Assembly (NCBI RefSeq): GCF_964188315.1
Contig: NC_135667.1
Span: forward strand, 26,722,001-26,786,000
DNA length: 64,000 bases
From: Podarcis muralis
Lineage: Eukaryota
Direction: 5' to 3'
Shown here: piece after piece, positions 1-11,452 of the stretch
How positions within the stretch are numbered: the stretch's first letter is position 1
How the letters are laid out: each line of letters begins with the position of its first letter
The notes under the pieces: generated by a model
Database searches by the model: none
What the model was told of the DNA's origin: nothing
What the model saw: only the letters and a program-made list of their open reading frames with translations
Position numbers and translations under genes: made by a program

Positions 1-19
1 AAGCTTCCCTATATAGGAT

Positions 20-190
20 TACCTTCAGATGCCTCTGGGGTTGGATAACTCCATACCCTCCAACATTTATCCAATGAAAATAGGGACATCCTAAGGAAAA
101 GCGAGACATTCCTGGATCAAATCAGAAACTGGGACGACTTCTCTAAATCAGGGACGTGCCTGGAAAATAGGGACACTTGGAAGGTCTGCA
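20..190. mobile_element. Non-autonomous interspersed repeat (probably DNA-transposon derived); related copies at 4405-4522 and 14495-14590
   Basis: Three similar copies (aaaatagggacatcc...ggaaaatagggacacttggaaggtctg). Confidence 0.5.
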
Positions 191-876
191 GTAATGGTTG
201 TTCCTGACATAGCAATGCAGGCATGCTAATCTCAGTCAGCTCTGGATACTAGCTCAGTTGCAAAGAATGTGATGTTGCACAACTTCTGCCATTGATGTTG
301 ACCTCTCTTGATTCTCAAGCTAAAGTTCTGCACAGTAAGCTACTTAAATCTCATTGGGACTTTAAGCAACCTGTGTGCAGGGCTGCATCCCCATTCTCTA
401 GCAGTGTGGCTCTCAAGAAGAGCCCATAGGTACAGAATAGAGACCTTCTTGCTAATGGTTGCCTTAAAAAATCCAAAAGTTAATCTCCAACATAGTAAGT
501 TCTACAGAGTTTTCATTTCCAGTGAGAAATTGAGTGGAAGTAACACAAGGAATACCAATAGCTAATAGTTTGACACACACACCCTGAGGGGGTGGGGTAT
601 AATGGCATTCCTATATGAAGCAGAACCTTTAGTTCATATGAATAAGAATTGCCTTGCTACAGCAGACCAGCTCAACCATCACTTTATTTCCAAGATTAGA
701 CAACCAGATGCTTCTTCAAGCTCTCAGAAGGAATCAATATGATGATGACCACCGCCTGTTTATGATGTCTCTAATATCCTGTTACCAGGGCTGTATATAT
801 TTTCCACCGAAAGATAATTCTCAGCAAAGAAAAATCCTTGCATTTCAGAGAAAATTATAGTATTTACAGATTCACT

Positions 877-885
877 ATGGAAATA
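877..885 (+). CDS. Candidate coding mini-exon 1 (Met-Glu-Ile) of the OR at 1281-2237
   Basis: tatttacag|attcact ATG GAA ATA|gtaggt: ATG plus a GTRRGT-type donor in phase 0 with the acceptor at 1280; starts ATG GAA like the subfamily A first exons. No paralogue in the window to confirm it. Confidence 0.4.
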
Positions 886-1280
886 GTAGGTTAAGGCCAT
901 GGAAGCAGTACATGTTATATTGAAAAAATAGCTAACATAATACCTACCCTTCAGATGTTGGGGACTACAAGTCCTTGGGTACCATCCAAAATTGTCAGTG
1001 GCCAGGGATGATGAGTGCCAGATTTCTGTAGCTACCTGCAACATTTAGCTTGACATGAAGTAGGTCCTCTATTATTCTATTGTTACTGCTGCTCTTTTAC
1101 TTTTGCTGCTGTTTTCCATTTCATTCTTTTGTGTTTTAATTATTGGATTACTGCTGCTGTTATATTTACTTTTTATTTGTAAGCTGCTTTGAGCAGAAAA
1201 GCAGAATATACGAATCATATGAATCAATGAATAGTTATAAATCTGCTCTTTGTTTCATAACCTCCTTTCTTTTCCTGCAG

Positions 1281-2237
1281 CAACTGCAAAACAGAACAAA
1301 TCAAACTACCATTGCCAACTTCATTCTTCTTGGATTGGTTGATCATTACCCAGAACTGCAGCCTCTTCTCTTCCTGGCTTTCCTAGCAATCTACTTTATT
1401 ACCATGGCTGGGAATCTCCTCCTTGTTGTGCTAGTTCTGGCTGATCTTCACCTCCACACTCCCATGTACTTCTTCCTAGGGAACCTGTCTTGCTTGGAGA
1501 TCTGTTACACATCAACCATTCTTCCCCGGATGCTTTTCAGTCTTCTAACAGGAGAGAGATCCATTTCTGCTAATGGCTGCATTGCACAATACTATTTCTT
1601 TGGTTCCTTAGCATCTGCTGAATGCTATCTCCTGGCTGTGATGTCGTACGATCGATATTTAGCCATCTGCAAGCCACTGCGCTACACCTCTCTCATGAAT
1701 GGTAGGCTCTGCCTATGGCTTATTTGTGGCTCCTGGATAAGTGGTTTTCTAAGTAACACCATCATAACCTCTCTAGAGTTGCAGCTGTCATTCTGTGGCC
1801 CCAACGAAATTGACCATTTCTTTTGCGATCTGGCCCCAGTGCTGAAGCTTTCATGTAGTGACACCCATGTGGTGGAACTTGCAACCCTCATCCTGGCATC
1901 CATGGATACCATACCCCCATTTCTACTTACCTTGATCTCATACGTGCTTATCATCATCAATATCCTCCAGATCCAATCCAAAGGCATGAGGCAAAAAGCC
2001 TTCTCCACTTGTTCTTCCCATCTCATTGTAGTGACCCTCTTCTTTGGGTCTCTCATCAGCGTCTACATGGCTCCCACAACTGACATACTGAAGGAACTTC
2101 ATCAATACTTCTCTCTCTTTTATACAGTCTTAACCCCCATGGTCAATCCCCTCATATACAGCCTGAGAAATAGAGATGTCAAGGAGGCCCTATACAGAAC
2201 TGTCAGAAAAGCTATCGGTTTGGCTCAGTTACCTTAA
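1281..2237 (+). CDS. Olfactory receptor (class II), main coding exon, divergent singleton
   Basis: Intact frame with OR motifs LHTPMYFFL, MSYDRYLAIC, HFFCD, KAFSTCSSHL, NPLIYSLRN and an NQT sequon. Polypyrimidine tract plus CAG acceptor at 1261-1280. No ATG between the acceptor and TM1, so the start is uncertain (upstream exon, ATG 1227 if unspliced, or CTG 1284). Confidence 0.9.
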   Translation, partial: QLQNRTNQTTIANFILLGLVDHYPELQPLLFLAFLAIYFITMAGNLLLVVLVLADLHLHTPMYFFLGNLSCLEICYTSTILPRMLFSLLTGERSISANGCIAQYYFFGSLASAECYLLAVMSYDRYLAICKPLRYTSLMNGRLCLWLICGSWISGFLSNTIITSLELQLSFCGPNEIDHFFCDLAPVLKLSCSDTHVVELATLILASMDTIPPFLLTLISYVLIIINILQIQSKGMRQKAFSTCSSHLIVVTLFFGSLISVYMAPTTDILKELHQYFSLFYTVLTPMVNPLIYSLRNRDVKEALYRTVRKAIGLAQLP

Positions 2238-2327
2238 CCTTTACTGGGTGGCTTTTTATGTCTGTTTCCGCTAACAAGGAAGTAAGGAGCTGCAGCAAAA
2301 TCTTTGCACAGCATGACAGTATTACAT

Positions 2328-2475
2328 AGGAAGCTGCCATATACTGAGTCAAACTACTGGTCTGTTTACTCAATATTTCCTACACTGAGTGGCAGTGACT
2401 CTCCAGAATTTCAGACACTACCGAGCTTACCTGGAGATGTCTGGGGTTGAACCTGGGACCACCTGCATGCATTGC
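2328..2475 (-). mobile_element. Squam3-like tRNA-derived SINE, degenerate
   Basis: ataggaagctgccatatactgagtca tail and gttgaacctgggacc B-box remnant. Confidence 0.6.
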
Positions 2476-3129
2476 ATTCCCACCAACCCCTCTTTGTAAG
2501 TCACTATGGAAGCTGTTGAAAGTAATGGTATAATTTACTAAAACAAATTTTAAAAAAATAATTTCTTGTTAGTACTTGTGCCACAGCTAGAGAAGCTGAA
2601 GAATTCCAATGGAATTCCATTGCCTCTTTCTAAAATGTATGTATTGTTGTGTGCTATCCTTGTTGTAAATCTACAGAAGAATAAAATAAAATAAAATTGG
2701 GATTAAGGAGTTTTCTCAGGACAGTGGAGGGTGTAGGCAATGTGTCCCATTGGTGTATTGGTGGTGGCCCTTGCCCTTCTTCAGATAGGAAATGCTGGGG
2801 GGGGGGGGTAGGCCTCATTCACCACTTCCCTGGAAGGTAAGTTGTTCTTCTTCTAACAGCAAACACGTTCTTAAAGTGTGTGACTTTGCTTAGTCAAAAT
2901 GGCAACTTTCGCACAAAAGAGGGAGGTAATAGCAGACTTAAGGGAGATTGCAGAAACACAAAAATGTGTTTTTGGGGGGTGGGAATAATTTGTATTAGTT
3001 TTCAATTACATTCTAATAATAGCCTCATTATAACATTGCCAAATTATAATACAATTAGTAATACCAATCATTCAAATACCAAATTATATAATTTAAGTGC
3101 CCCCCCCACATGCTAGAATTGATGGTTGG

Positions 3130-3930
3130 ATGATTTATTTTATTTCTGCATTCCAGAATCTTATTAATTTCAGTTACACTCCCGTCAAAATAACAATCCC
3201 TTATACAACAACTGCAATATTAACAACTTCCATTCTTATTGACACATTAAATAATATATAAATCTACAAGTGAGGCATTCAAACTGTATCCTTGTTCTTC
3301 CTGTGTGTGGCAATCTTTCTTCCATGATGTTTCTTCCTGTCCTTGTAAAATATTATGTCTGTCTTTTCCTGGTTGTTGCTGTTCTCTATCATGCCTTGGG
3401 TGGAGCTAATATCCCATTGTTCTTTCAGAAATTCTCCATTGCTCCGTCCCATGGTTCACTGTTTTGCAACTTTAACAGCAGCTGCAAAATTCACACTGTC
3501 CCAATACATAACCTGTCTTCACCATTTTCCTTCTCAGCCTGGGAAGGAGAGTGGTCGGTCAAACTACAAATAACTCAGTAATGAACCTTATCAGTTCCTT
3601 GGCAAGCTTGCAGATTCCTTTCATCCCTCTGTTTGGCCAGAGATAAATGTGCAGTTGTACTTCCAATTAAATTAAATTCCAAGTACTTTTAGCATCATTC
3701 AATTCAGTCTGCAAATAATAAAGGATAAGGAAGAGTCAGCTCTAAGTTTCCAGCGTAAACCTTTTGCAAAATAGAGCTTCCCTTCCTTTTTCCTTTTTCT
3801 TTACACACACAGTTCCATTCAATGTTATATTCCATATCTGCAATCCACTTTCATCTCTCCTCACCTGTACATACATAATTTGAACTAGCATTCAAAGGAG
3901 GGTTACTGAATCATAAATATAGGGGAAAAA
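3130..3930 (-). mobile_element. Degenerate L1-type ORF2 fragment
   Basis: A-rich minus strand with interrupted coding-like character resembling the L1 ORF2 C-terminus; recognised by eye. Confidence 0.4.
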
Positions 3931-4070
3931 ACTTTATATAAAGAAGCCATAGGCTCCCCTCCCCCCCCCCACCGTCTTTTGCACCAAATGAAGTCTCTCA
4001 ATTTCCAAACTTAACGACCTTGCAGCTGGTTCAATTCCACAGTTTATGATCTCTTCTAGCATGTGCATGT

Positions 4071-4404
4071 AAAGGTAAAGGGACCATGGACCACTAGGTC
4101 CAGCCGTGGCCGACCTTGGGGCTGCGGTGTTCATCTCGCTTTATTGGCCAAGTGAGCCGGCGTACAGCTTCCGGGTCATGTGGCCAGCATGACTAAGCCG
4201 CTTCTGGCAAACCAGAGCAGTGACGGAAACGCCGTTTACCTTCCTGCTGGAGTGGTACCTATTTATCTACTTGCACTTTGACGTGCTTTCGAACTGCTCA
4301 GTTGGCAGGAGCAGGGACCAAGCAACGGGAGCTCACCCCGTTGCAGGGATTCGAACCGCCGACCTTCTGACCGGCAAGTCCTAGGCTCTGTGGTTTAACC
4401 CACA
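4071..4404 (-). mobile_element. Sauria SINE
   Basis: (ACCTTT)n tail and tRNA-like head with GGTTCGAATCC B box. Confidence 0.85.
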
Positions 4405-4552
4405 GATGATGAAAACAGGGACATCCTAAGGGGAAGTGGGATATTCTAGGATCAAATCAGAAACCAGAAAGGCTTCTGTAAATCGGGACTGTCCCTGGAA
4501 AATAGGGACATTTGGAAGGTCTGCTAATCTTATCTATCAAAACATTGTGAAC

Positions 4553-5521
4553 CTATGAAACCCTGTTGCTGAATCTTCTGACAGTTTTGAAAAGCACTTC
4601 CTTCACTTCTCTGTTTCTCAAACTGTATATCAGCGGGTTAAGGGTGGGTGTTAGGACGGTGTAGAAAAGGGAGAAGGTTTTGTGTACTTCACTCGGTGTT
4701 ACTGATTCAGGAACTATATAGACGAGGAATATTGACCCATAGAAAAGTGTCACAACAATCAGATGGGAAGAGCAGGTGGCAAAGGCTTTCTGCTGAGCAG
4801 CTTTGGATTTAATTCGCAGGACAGTGAGAAGAATGCAGATGTAGGAGGTTATAGTTAGTAGAAAAGGAGGACCTGTTCCCATAAGCCCAAGAATAAATGT
4901 TACAAGTTTTACTTGGTGCGTATTGCTGCATGAGAGGTTTGCCACTGGATATATGTCACAAAAGAAATGATCAATTTCATTGGGTCCACAGAATGTGAGC
5001 TCCAACATAAAAGAAGTAATTATAGTATTGGTCACTAGGCCACACATCCAAGACGTGAATGCTAACTGGAGGCAGAGTCTACCATTCATAATGGTTGAAT
5101 AGTGCAGAGGTTTGCATATTGCCAAATACCGATCATAAGACATCATGGCCAAAAGATAGCATTCTGTGGCTGCACAGAAACCAAAGAAATAGTATTGTGT
5201 GACGCACCCCTTAATGGATATGGACCTATCCCCAGTAAGGAAACTAGCCAGCATTCTGGGTACGATGGTTGAAATGTAGCAAGTCTCCAAACAGGACAAG
5301 TTCATGAGGAAGAAGTACATGGGAGTATGAAGATGCTGGTCAACTGCAACCAGTAAAACAATTAGGAGGTTTCCAACAAGAGACAAAGCATAGATTGCAA
5401 GGAATAATACGGAGAGGAGAATTCGCAATCCAAGGAAATTGCCAAATCCCAGAAGGACGAATGTTGTAGGGCTTGACTGGTTTCCTCCCAATGCTGTTTG
5501 CAGATGAATCTCAAAGTCATT
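4553..5521 (-). CDS. Olfactory receptor, subfamily A, coding exon 2 (predicted 341 aa with exon 1 at 10276-10332)
   Basis: Intact OR frame (PMYFFL, MSYDRY, HFFCD, KAFATCSSHL, NPLIYSLRN). The ORF-track start 5491 is TTG, not ATG. Acceptor gcatttcag|AAT at 5523-5522, with an in-frame TAA further upstream. Confidence 0.92.
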   Translation of the reverse strand, partial: NDFEIHLQTALGGNQSSPTTFVLLGFGNFLGLRILLSVLFLAIYALSLVGNLLIVLLVAVDQHLHTPMYFFLMNLSCLETCYISTIVPRMLASFLTGDRSISIKGCVTQYYFFGFCAATECYLLAMMSYDRYLAICKPLHYSTIMNGRLCLQLAFTSWMCGLVTNTIITSFMLELTFCGPNEIDHFFCDIYPVANLSCSNTHQVKLVTFILGLMGTGPPFLLTITSYICILLTVLRIKSKAAQQKAFATCSSHLIVVTLFYGSIFLVYIVPESVTPSEVHKTFSLFYTVLTPTLNPLIYSLRNREVKEVLFKTVRRFSNRVS

Positions 5522-6469
5522 CTGAAATGCAATTTGATTAGTGTTAGCTTAGTGACTCTTTCCCCTCCCATTGACAGTCACAAAGCCAGCCACCCAGTAT
5601 GGTCCTATCAGTACTGTTCCACTTAGTAATGGGAGTTGAGTTTTGTATGTTTTGAATGCTCTGACACATTTGTTTGTTCTTGTTTTTAAAACTCAACCCT
5701 CCTTTACACATAGTTGTATAACACCATGATAGGAAGCCTTCTCATAAATATGCTAGTTCCCTCTGTACAAAGCATTTTTTTATGGGGAGAGGCAAGAAGC
5801 CTCCCACTAGCATCACTTTTATCATTGCTACTACTACACATTTGCGTAGCATTAATAATGTGCAGTGCTGTATACATTTCACCCATGTCTCAGTCCTTCC
5901 CCCAGTCTGACAATTTGCAACAAATGAAATACAGTGATGAATGGAAGTAACAGGAGGTAGATAATGCAGGACAAGTTTGGATCAGGAAAAAGATGATGAT
6001 GATGTTGATGTTGATGAGGATGAGGATGATGATATAGCATAAGGACAAAATAAGAGCCCTGCTTCATAAGATCTAAGTTTGATGAACAATCCCAACCCAA
6101 ACATCTGCTCCGAGGTCAGTCTCACTGTATTCAACAGAGCTTATTTCCAGGCAAGTAGGCATAGGGCTGCAACCTTAGTCCAGTACTCAAGATTCACCAG
6201 CTGTCAACCATTGGGAAGCTGTTAAGCAAGACATAGGAGCAATAGTCATCTCCTGTTGTTGCTCTCCAGCAGCTGACTGTCAGTGGCCTACTTCCTCTTG
6301 AAGCCATGAGGACAAGAACATATGAGGATCCTTGCTGGATCAGGCCAAAGACCCATCTAGTCCAGCATCCTATTTTCACAGTGTCCAGCCAGATAACCTA
6401 GGAGAATTCCACAAGTAGCTCATGAGCACAACTGCACTTTTTTCACTTGTGACTCCCAGGCAGCAACTA

Positions 6470-7114
6470 CCGTACTTTTCACACCATAGGACGCACTTTT
6501 CCCGTCTTAAAAACTAAGGGGGAAAGTCTGTGTGTCCTATGGAGCGAATGCAGGGGGGAGGCAGGCAGGAAAAGCCCCCAAGAGCCCCACACAAGCTTTG
6601 TGCGGCTCTTGCAGGCTTTTCCCCAAGAGGGAGAAGGGACTGACACCACCAGCCTTGCACAACCTCTCCAACCAGGGGGAGGCTTCGCAAGGCTAAAGAG
6701 GAAGCCAAGGCAGCGAGCGCGATCCATCCCGTTCACTGCTCTGGCTTCCTCTTTAGCCTTGTGCGCCCCTCCAGCTGCGAGAGGCTGTGCAAGGCTAAAG
6801 AGGAAGCCAGAGCAGCGAGTGGGATGGATCGCGCTCACTGCCTTGTCTTCTTTAGCCGCGCTGGAGAGGTTTAGCTCCTGGCTGGAGAGGTTGCGCGGCT
6901 ATGGATCCCGTGCGCTGTCTTGGCTTCTTTGCTCTTTGGGGCTGGTGGAGGAACCCGGGCTTCCCCCGCAGCCCCGAGAAGCTCTGGGAGAAGCAGACAG
7001 GCTGCACGCAGCCTGTCCGTTGCTCTCTGGGGCTGGGGGGGATAATATTTTTTTCCTTGATTTCCCCCTCTAAAAACTAGTTGCGTCCTGTGGTCCGGTG
7101 CATCCAATAGAGCG
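6470..7114. mobile_element. Tc1/mariner (Tigger/pogo-like) MITE
   Basis: TIRs ccgtacttttc / gaaaaatacgg, TA on both flanks, internal GC-rich direct repeats. Confidence 0.75.
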
Positions 7115-7152
7115 AAAAATACGGTAACATTCATGATATACATTGCTTCATA

Positions 7153-7515
7153 AAGGTAAAGGTAAAGGTACCCCTGCCCGTACGGGCCAGTCTTGACAGA
7201 CTCTGGGGTTGTGCGCCCATCTCACTCAAGAGGCCGGGGGCCAGCGCTGTCCGGAGACACTTCCGGGTCACGTGGCCAGCGTGACATCGCTGCTCTGGCG
7301 AGCCAGCGCAGCACATGGAAACGCCGTTTACCTTCCCGCCAGTAAGCGGTCCCTATTTATCTACTTGCACCTGGGGGTGCTTTCGAACTGCTAGGTTGGC
7401 AGGTGCTGGGACCGAGCAGCGGGAGCGCACCCCGCCACGGGGATTCGAACCGCCGACCTTTCGATCGGCAAGCCCTAGGCGCTGAGGCTTTTACCCACAG
7501 CGCCACCCGCGTCCC
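7153..7515 (-). mobile_element. Full-length Sauria SINE with 13-bp TSD
   Basis: TSD acattgcttcata at 7140-7152 and 7516-7528; A box and B box intact. Confidence 0.92.
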
Positions 7516-7730
7516 ACATTGCTTCATACATTCTCCTAATTGTCATGACTAGTAGTCACTGATAAATAGAAAACTCTCCATGTCAAATTTTATTTTAAAC
7601 CCATTTCATCTAATGGCCATCACCATGTTAACTCAAGACACTGAACTCCTTACATTAAATTTATGTTGTATGACTAAGTACTTTTTTCTGCCTATCCTGA
7701 ATCTTGTCCCCGTCATTGTTCTGCCCGGAC

Positions 7731-8070
7731 ACTGAGGTCCAGCTCCGAGGGCCTTCCGGCGGTTCCTTCACTGTGAGAAACCAAGTTACAGGGAACCAGG
7801 CAGAGGGCCTTCTCAGTAGTGGCACCCGTCCTATGGAACGCCCTTCCACCAGATGTCAAAGAGAGCAACAACTACCAGACTTTCAGAAGACATCTGAAGG
7901 CAGCCCTGTTTAGGGAAGTTTTTAATGTTTAACAGACCACTATATTTTAATATTTTGTTGGAAGCCACCCAGAGTGGCTGGGGAAACCCAGCCAGATGTG
8001 TGGGGTATAAATAATAAGTTATTGTTGTTGTTGTTGTTGCTGCTGCTGCTGCTGCTATTGTTGTTATTAT
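7731..8070 (+). mobile_element. L2-type LINE 3' end with trinucleotide tail
   Basis: agggccttctcagtagtggcacc..tatggaacgccct and gccacccagagtggctgggg signature; (tgt/tgc)n tail. Confidence 0.7.
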
Positions 8071-10275
8071 ATTTCAATAGATGGTGAAACATTATCATTT
8101 TAGAAATTGTCCTGTGCTGAATCCTGCCCCCAAATTCCTAGATAGCTTTTGCCAAGTCAAAAGAGGTTGTATGTTTGATTTCTTTCTTCTTTCTCCAGAT
8201 GCTTGAGAAATTCTTCTGTATTTCATTTTAACAGTTCACATTTACTTACAAGGTGGATGCTGGGTGCATGATCAGTGGAGGCTGGTTTATTAGGGCTAAA
8301 GGGTCATTGCCCTTAGTCTAAGAACCTTAGTCTGCCCTAGGCAGTGGCCAGCAACACTCCTCCTAACTTACTTCCTACTTAGTCCATGTAGTGTTGTCTT
8401 TGTAACAGCAGGAAGGTGAATGGGAACATAACTAGAATAAGCTGGCGCTCTCAGTTGCTGGCTCTGTCTGCACCTACTCTCTGCTTTCTGCCCTACTGGT
8501 CTCACTTGGCAACAGCCACCACTGTGTGTGAGTGAATGTCCTCTTCCATTCTACAGTCACTTATTGGATGTCTGCAGCCTTTTCAGCCAGCACTTCCTCA
8601 AAACCCTAGGATACTCTTGGCTAAGATTTCCTGTAATTGCAGCCACACTGGAAGTTTGCAAAATGCAGGCCAAGAGATACAGTAGGTGATTTATAGAATG
8701 AAATAAAGGACATTCTCAGACACCTTTTGGCCACCTCAAAAACAAATAAGAAGATAAAAAGCATCCCACCCATAAGAATTACAATAAAATTCTCAATCCT
8801 TTGATAATTTTCAAATGAAATTTCTTTTTCTCTATGCAATTTTGAGGTTATAACCCACTATTATAGTTGCTATGTTTGTAAACTAAAAAATACCTTGGAC
8901 ACATAAATCATGCCTGCTGACTCTAGAGAGGGAGGCTATTCATGCATATTTTTTATTAAAAAAACCCCAAAACATACCAGATTATAGTTGGCTGTGCAAC
9001 ACATTCATTCACATTCTCTGAACTTAACAGAGGCATATCCAGTTTGTTGTGTAAATTGGTCCTTTCGCATCAGATAATAGACATATTTTACAGTTAAGGG
9101 AGTAGGTTTCAAATGCTGATTGCCTTTTCCTCCAGAACGATATCACCGAGGCCACATCCACACAATACATTTAAAGCACTATTACACTGAGGACTTCCCC
9201 TCAAAGAATCCTGGGAACTGTAGTTTGTTAAGTTTGCTGAGAGTTGCTAGGAGATCTATATTCCCCTCACAGAACTACAGTTCCAGGAATTCTGTGGGAA
9301 TAGGGGTTTACTTTTAAACCACTCTGAAATTGTAGCTCTATGAGGGGGGTGGCATCTCCTAAAAACTCAGCACATTTAACAAACTACAGTACCCAGGATG
9401 CATAGGGAAGTCATGACCATTTAAGTAGCATAAGAATGATTTAAATGCATGGCGTGAGTATTGCCTGAGTTCTACAGAACACTGTTTCCGCCTTGCTTTA
9501 TAAATTAAACTGTGGATTAATATAAGCAGCTGTACTTAATCAATGTTTGGCAGACATTACAAGTTTTCAGATGGTCTCAAACAAGTTAAATGTTTGGCTT
9601 TTTAATCCCAGTTATATATATAGATATTATAATCCAGAATAGTTGGAGTTAAAGTGGCTCCTTGATTTCTGAAACCCCTCTGAGATTTCTCAGTTCTGCT
9701 GTGCTTCTGAGAAATCCAAAACACTGATACATTTATTGTTGTCCCAGGACATGGTCTGAGGGTAGATGGTGAAGCTAAGCAGATCTGTGTTTGACTGTGC
9801 TTGCATGGGAGCCCTTCTGCCTTGGGTTACATGGTGGAAGAAGGGTGGGATGTAAAATGTAATAAATAATACATTTTCTCTCTGAACAGCTTGCAAAATC
9901 CAAAAACTTGCTCCCAGAATTCTGAACATTGTAAAATTAATCGACCCAGGAAAAGATGTCAGTATGTGTATTGTATGCATTCTTGCCAAATCTAAACCTT
10001 CCTCATAAACCATTAGATTGATGTTCCAAATGAAGACAGGACAGATCCTGTGAACATCATAGATCTTATCTGTATGGAAACAGATCAGATCCCATTTGCA
10101 GAGCAGACCTTTCACTTCCAATCAGCCAGTGTCAAGGTTTACTAAGAAAGCAGCAGAGTTCATTTGTGTGCATATGAAACATTTAAAACTCACATGAAAT
10201 AAAAATGAAATACCCTGCCCCAAATATAGCAGATGGGGATGAAAAGCTACTATGATAGATAACATGAATATTTAC

Positions 10276-10332
10276 CTCTAAAATGATTATATTTCCAGGT
10301 GGAATCTCTGATGTGTTCCATCTGGATTCCAT
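10276..10332 (-). CDS. Coding exon 1 (MESRWNTSEIPPGNIIILE) of the OR at 4553-5521
   Basis: ATG at 10332, 19 codons, donor GAG|gtaaat, phase 0; homologous exon found upstream of all five subfamily A genes. Confidence 0.8.
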
Positions 10333-10339
10333 CTGTAAA

Positions 10340-10950
10340 ATAAGGGTTTCTTCAGTGCCTTCTCAATACTCTCCGCCTGTTTTAGATTATGGCCTCTTGT
10401 CTTGTCTTGTCTTGTCTTGCTTCCATTCAGTAGCAAAAGATTCAAAGTACGATTAATTAAAGGGTTTTGCTTCCATTCAATAGCAAAACACCACCGTGCC
10501 TACTTATTTAAACTGAAACTGATCAAGAAGGATAACTTCAATTCAGCAGCAAAATATCACTATGTACACTTAGCTAAACAGTAAGTGTTCTGGTGGAAAC
10601 TATTTCTACAGATGGATATTCACAATGACTGGGGGAGGAGAACTAAGCAGTCTTGCATGCATTTGGCTTTCTATTATTAATAACTGCAGAACTAAGGAAA
10701 CCCACATTTTCACTATTGGTAGAAGGGGAGGAGTGGGAAAGAAGGGAACCTTTAACCTCAAGGACCCTGTTGCAATCTCAGCTGGCAGTTTTGGGGGTTT
10801 TGAGGTGCTTATAATACTGACCAGGTCTGAGAGCAAGAATAACAGCAAGAATCATGTGGATTAGGTGGCATTCTAGTTCAGAAATCTGTCCCACTTGGCA
10901 TCTTTTAGTGCTTATGGTCTGGGGAGCTAGGGCTCTGCAAAGTCATGCCA
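10340..10950 (-). promoter_or_regulatory. Conserved upstream block (candidate promoter/5' UTR) of subfamily A, copy for the 4553 gene
   Basis: Noncoding blocks such as cagcaaaatatca and tttctaca..tggatatt recur at about 21580-21860, 26320-26640 and, inverted, 33620-33960 and 39080-39470. Confidence 0.5.
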
Positions 10951-11452
10951 AATCCGATGCCTATCTTGTTCTTTTAAGATTCAAAATATCACATATTAAA
11001 GAAGTGCTGGATCCATGAAATTGATGGCAGTCTTCCAGGTTCAGTCCCCTGATAAGAACAAACTTTTCAAAATGACATAAAGTGTGACTCTGTAGTTTGG
11101 AACTCAATGTTTCTACCCCTCCCTGCATCACTCCCCCTTCCCCAGTTTTTTTTTGTTTGTTTTTTAGGTTTTTTTTTAGCTTAACTCTTTGGTTAGCTTT
11201 TATTGTAAAGCAAATCAATTGTGAATGATTTTGAATTATTAAAAACACATAATGTGGGTGGGGGTGGGGAGGAAGGTTTCATTCTTATTTTTAGTGAGTG
11301 AGAATAATTTCCCCAAAGGATGGATTTTTTCCCCACAGTTATGGGCTCTGCCTCCTTTCTTTTAGCAATTTTTTGTGCCACTGGGGAAATGGTAATTCTG
11401 TATTGATTTGTTTTGAATGTTTGTATGTTATGCCAATAAAAGGTTTGATGAT

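Noticed and set aside
1682-2056. Antisense ORFs inside OR genes (also 28301, 42266, 50810, 54442, 61659)
   Set aside because: Expected by-products of codon structure on the opposite strand; no independent signal
4553-5491. Calling the TTG- and GTG-start ORs (4553, 37274) pseudogenes
   Set aside because: Their frames are fully intact and a conserved in-frame upstream exon supplies ATG
5362-5571. Conserved alternative-frame peptide (..WEE...LQHSSFWDLA..) also at 24317-24598 and 37053-37388
   Set aside because: A shadow of the conserved OR frame; the homologous frame closes within about 10 codons in the 16937 and 42110 genes, and its ATG lies downstream of the predicted true start
6479-7143. 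Several overlapping 64-157 aa ORFs
   Set aside because: They lie in the GC-rich interior of a TA-flanked MITE; no transposase or other recognisable motif
7420-7515. tRNA-like sequence with A and B boxes (also near 4330-4404, 14620-14716, 21230-21324)
   Set aside because: These are Sauria SINE heads continuous with SINE bodies and TSDs, not tRNA genes
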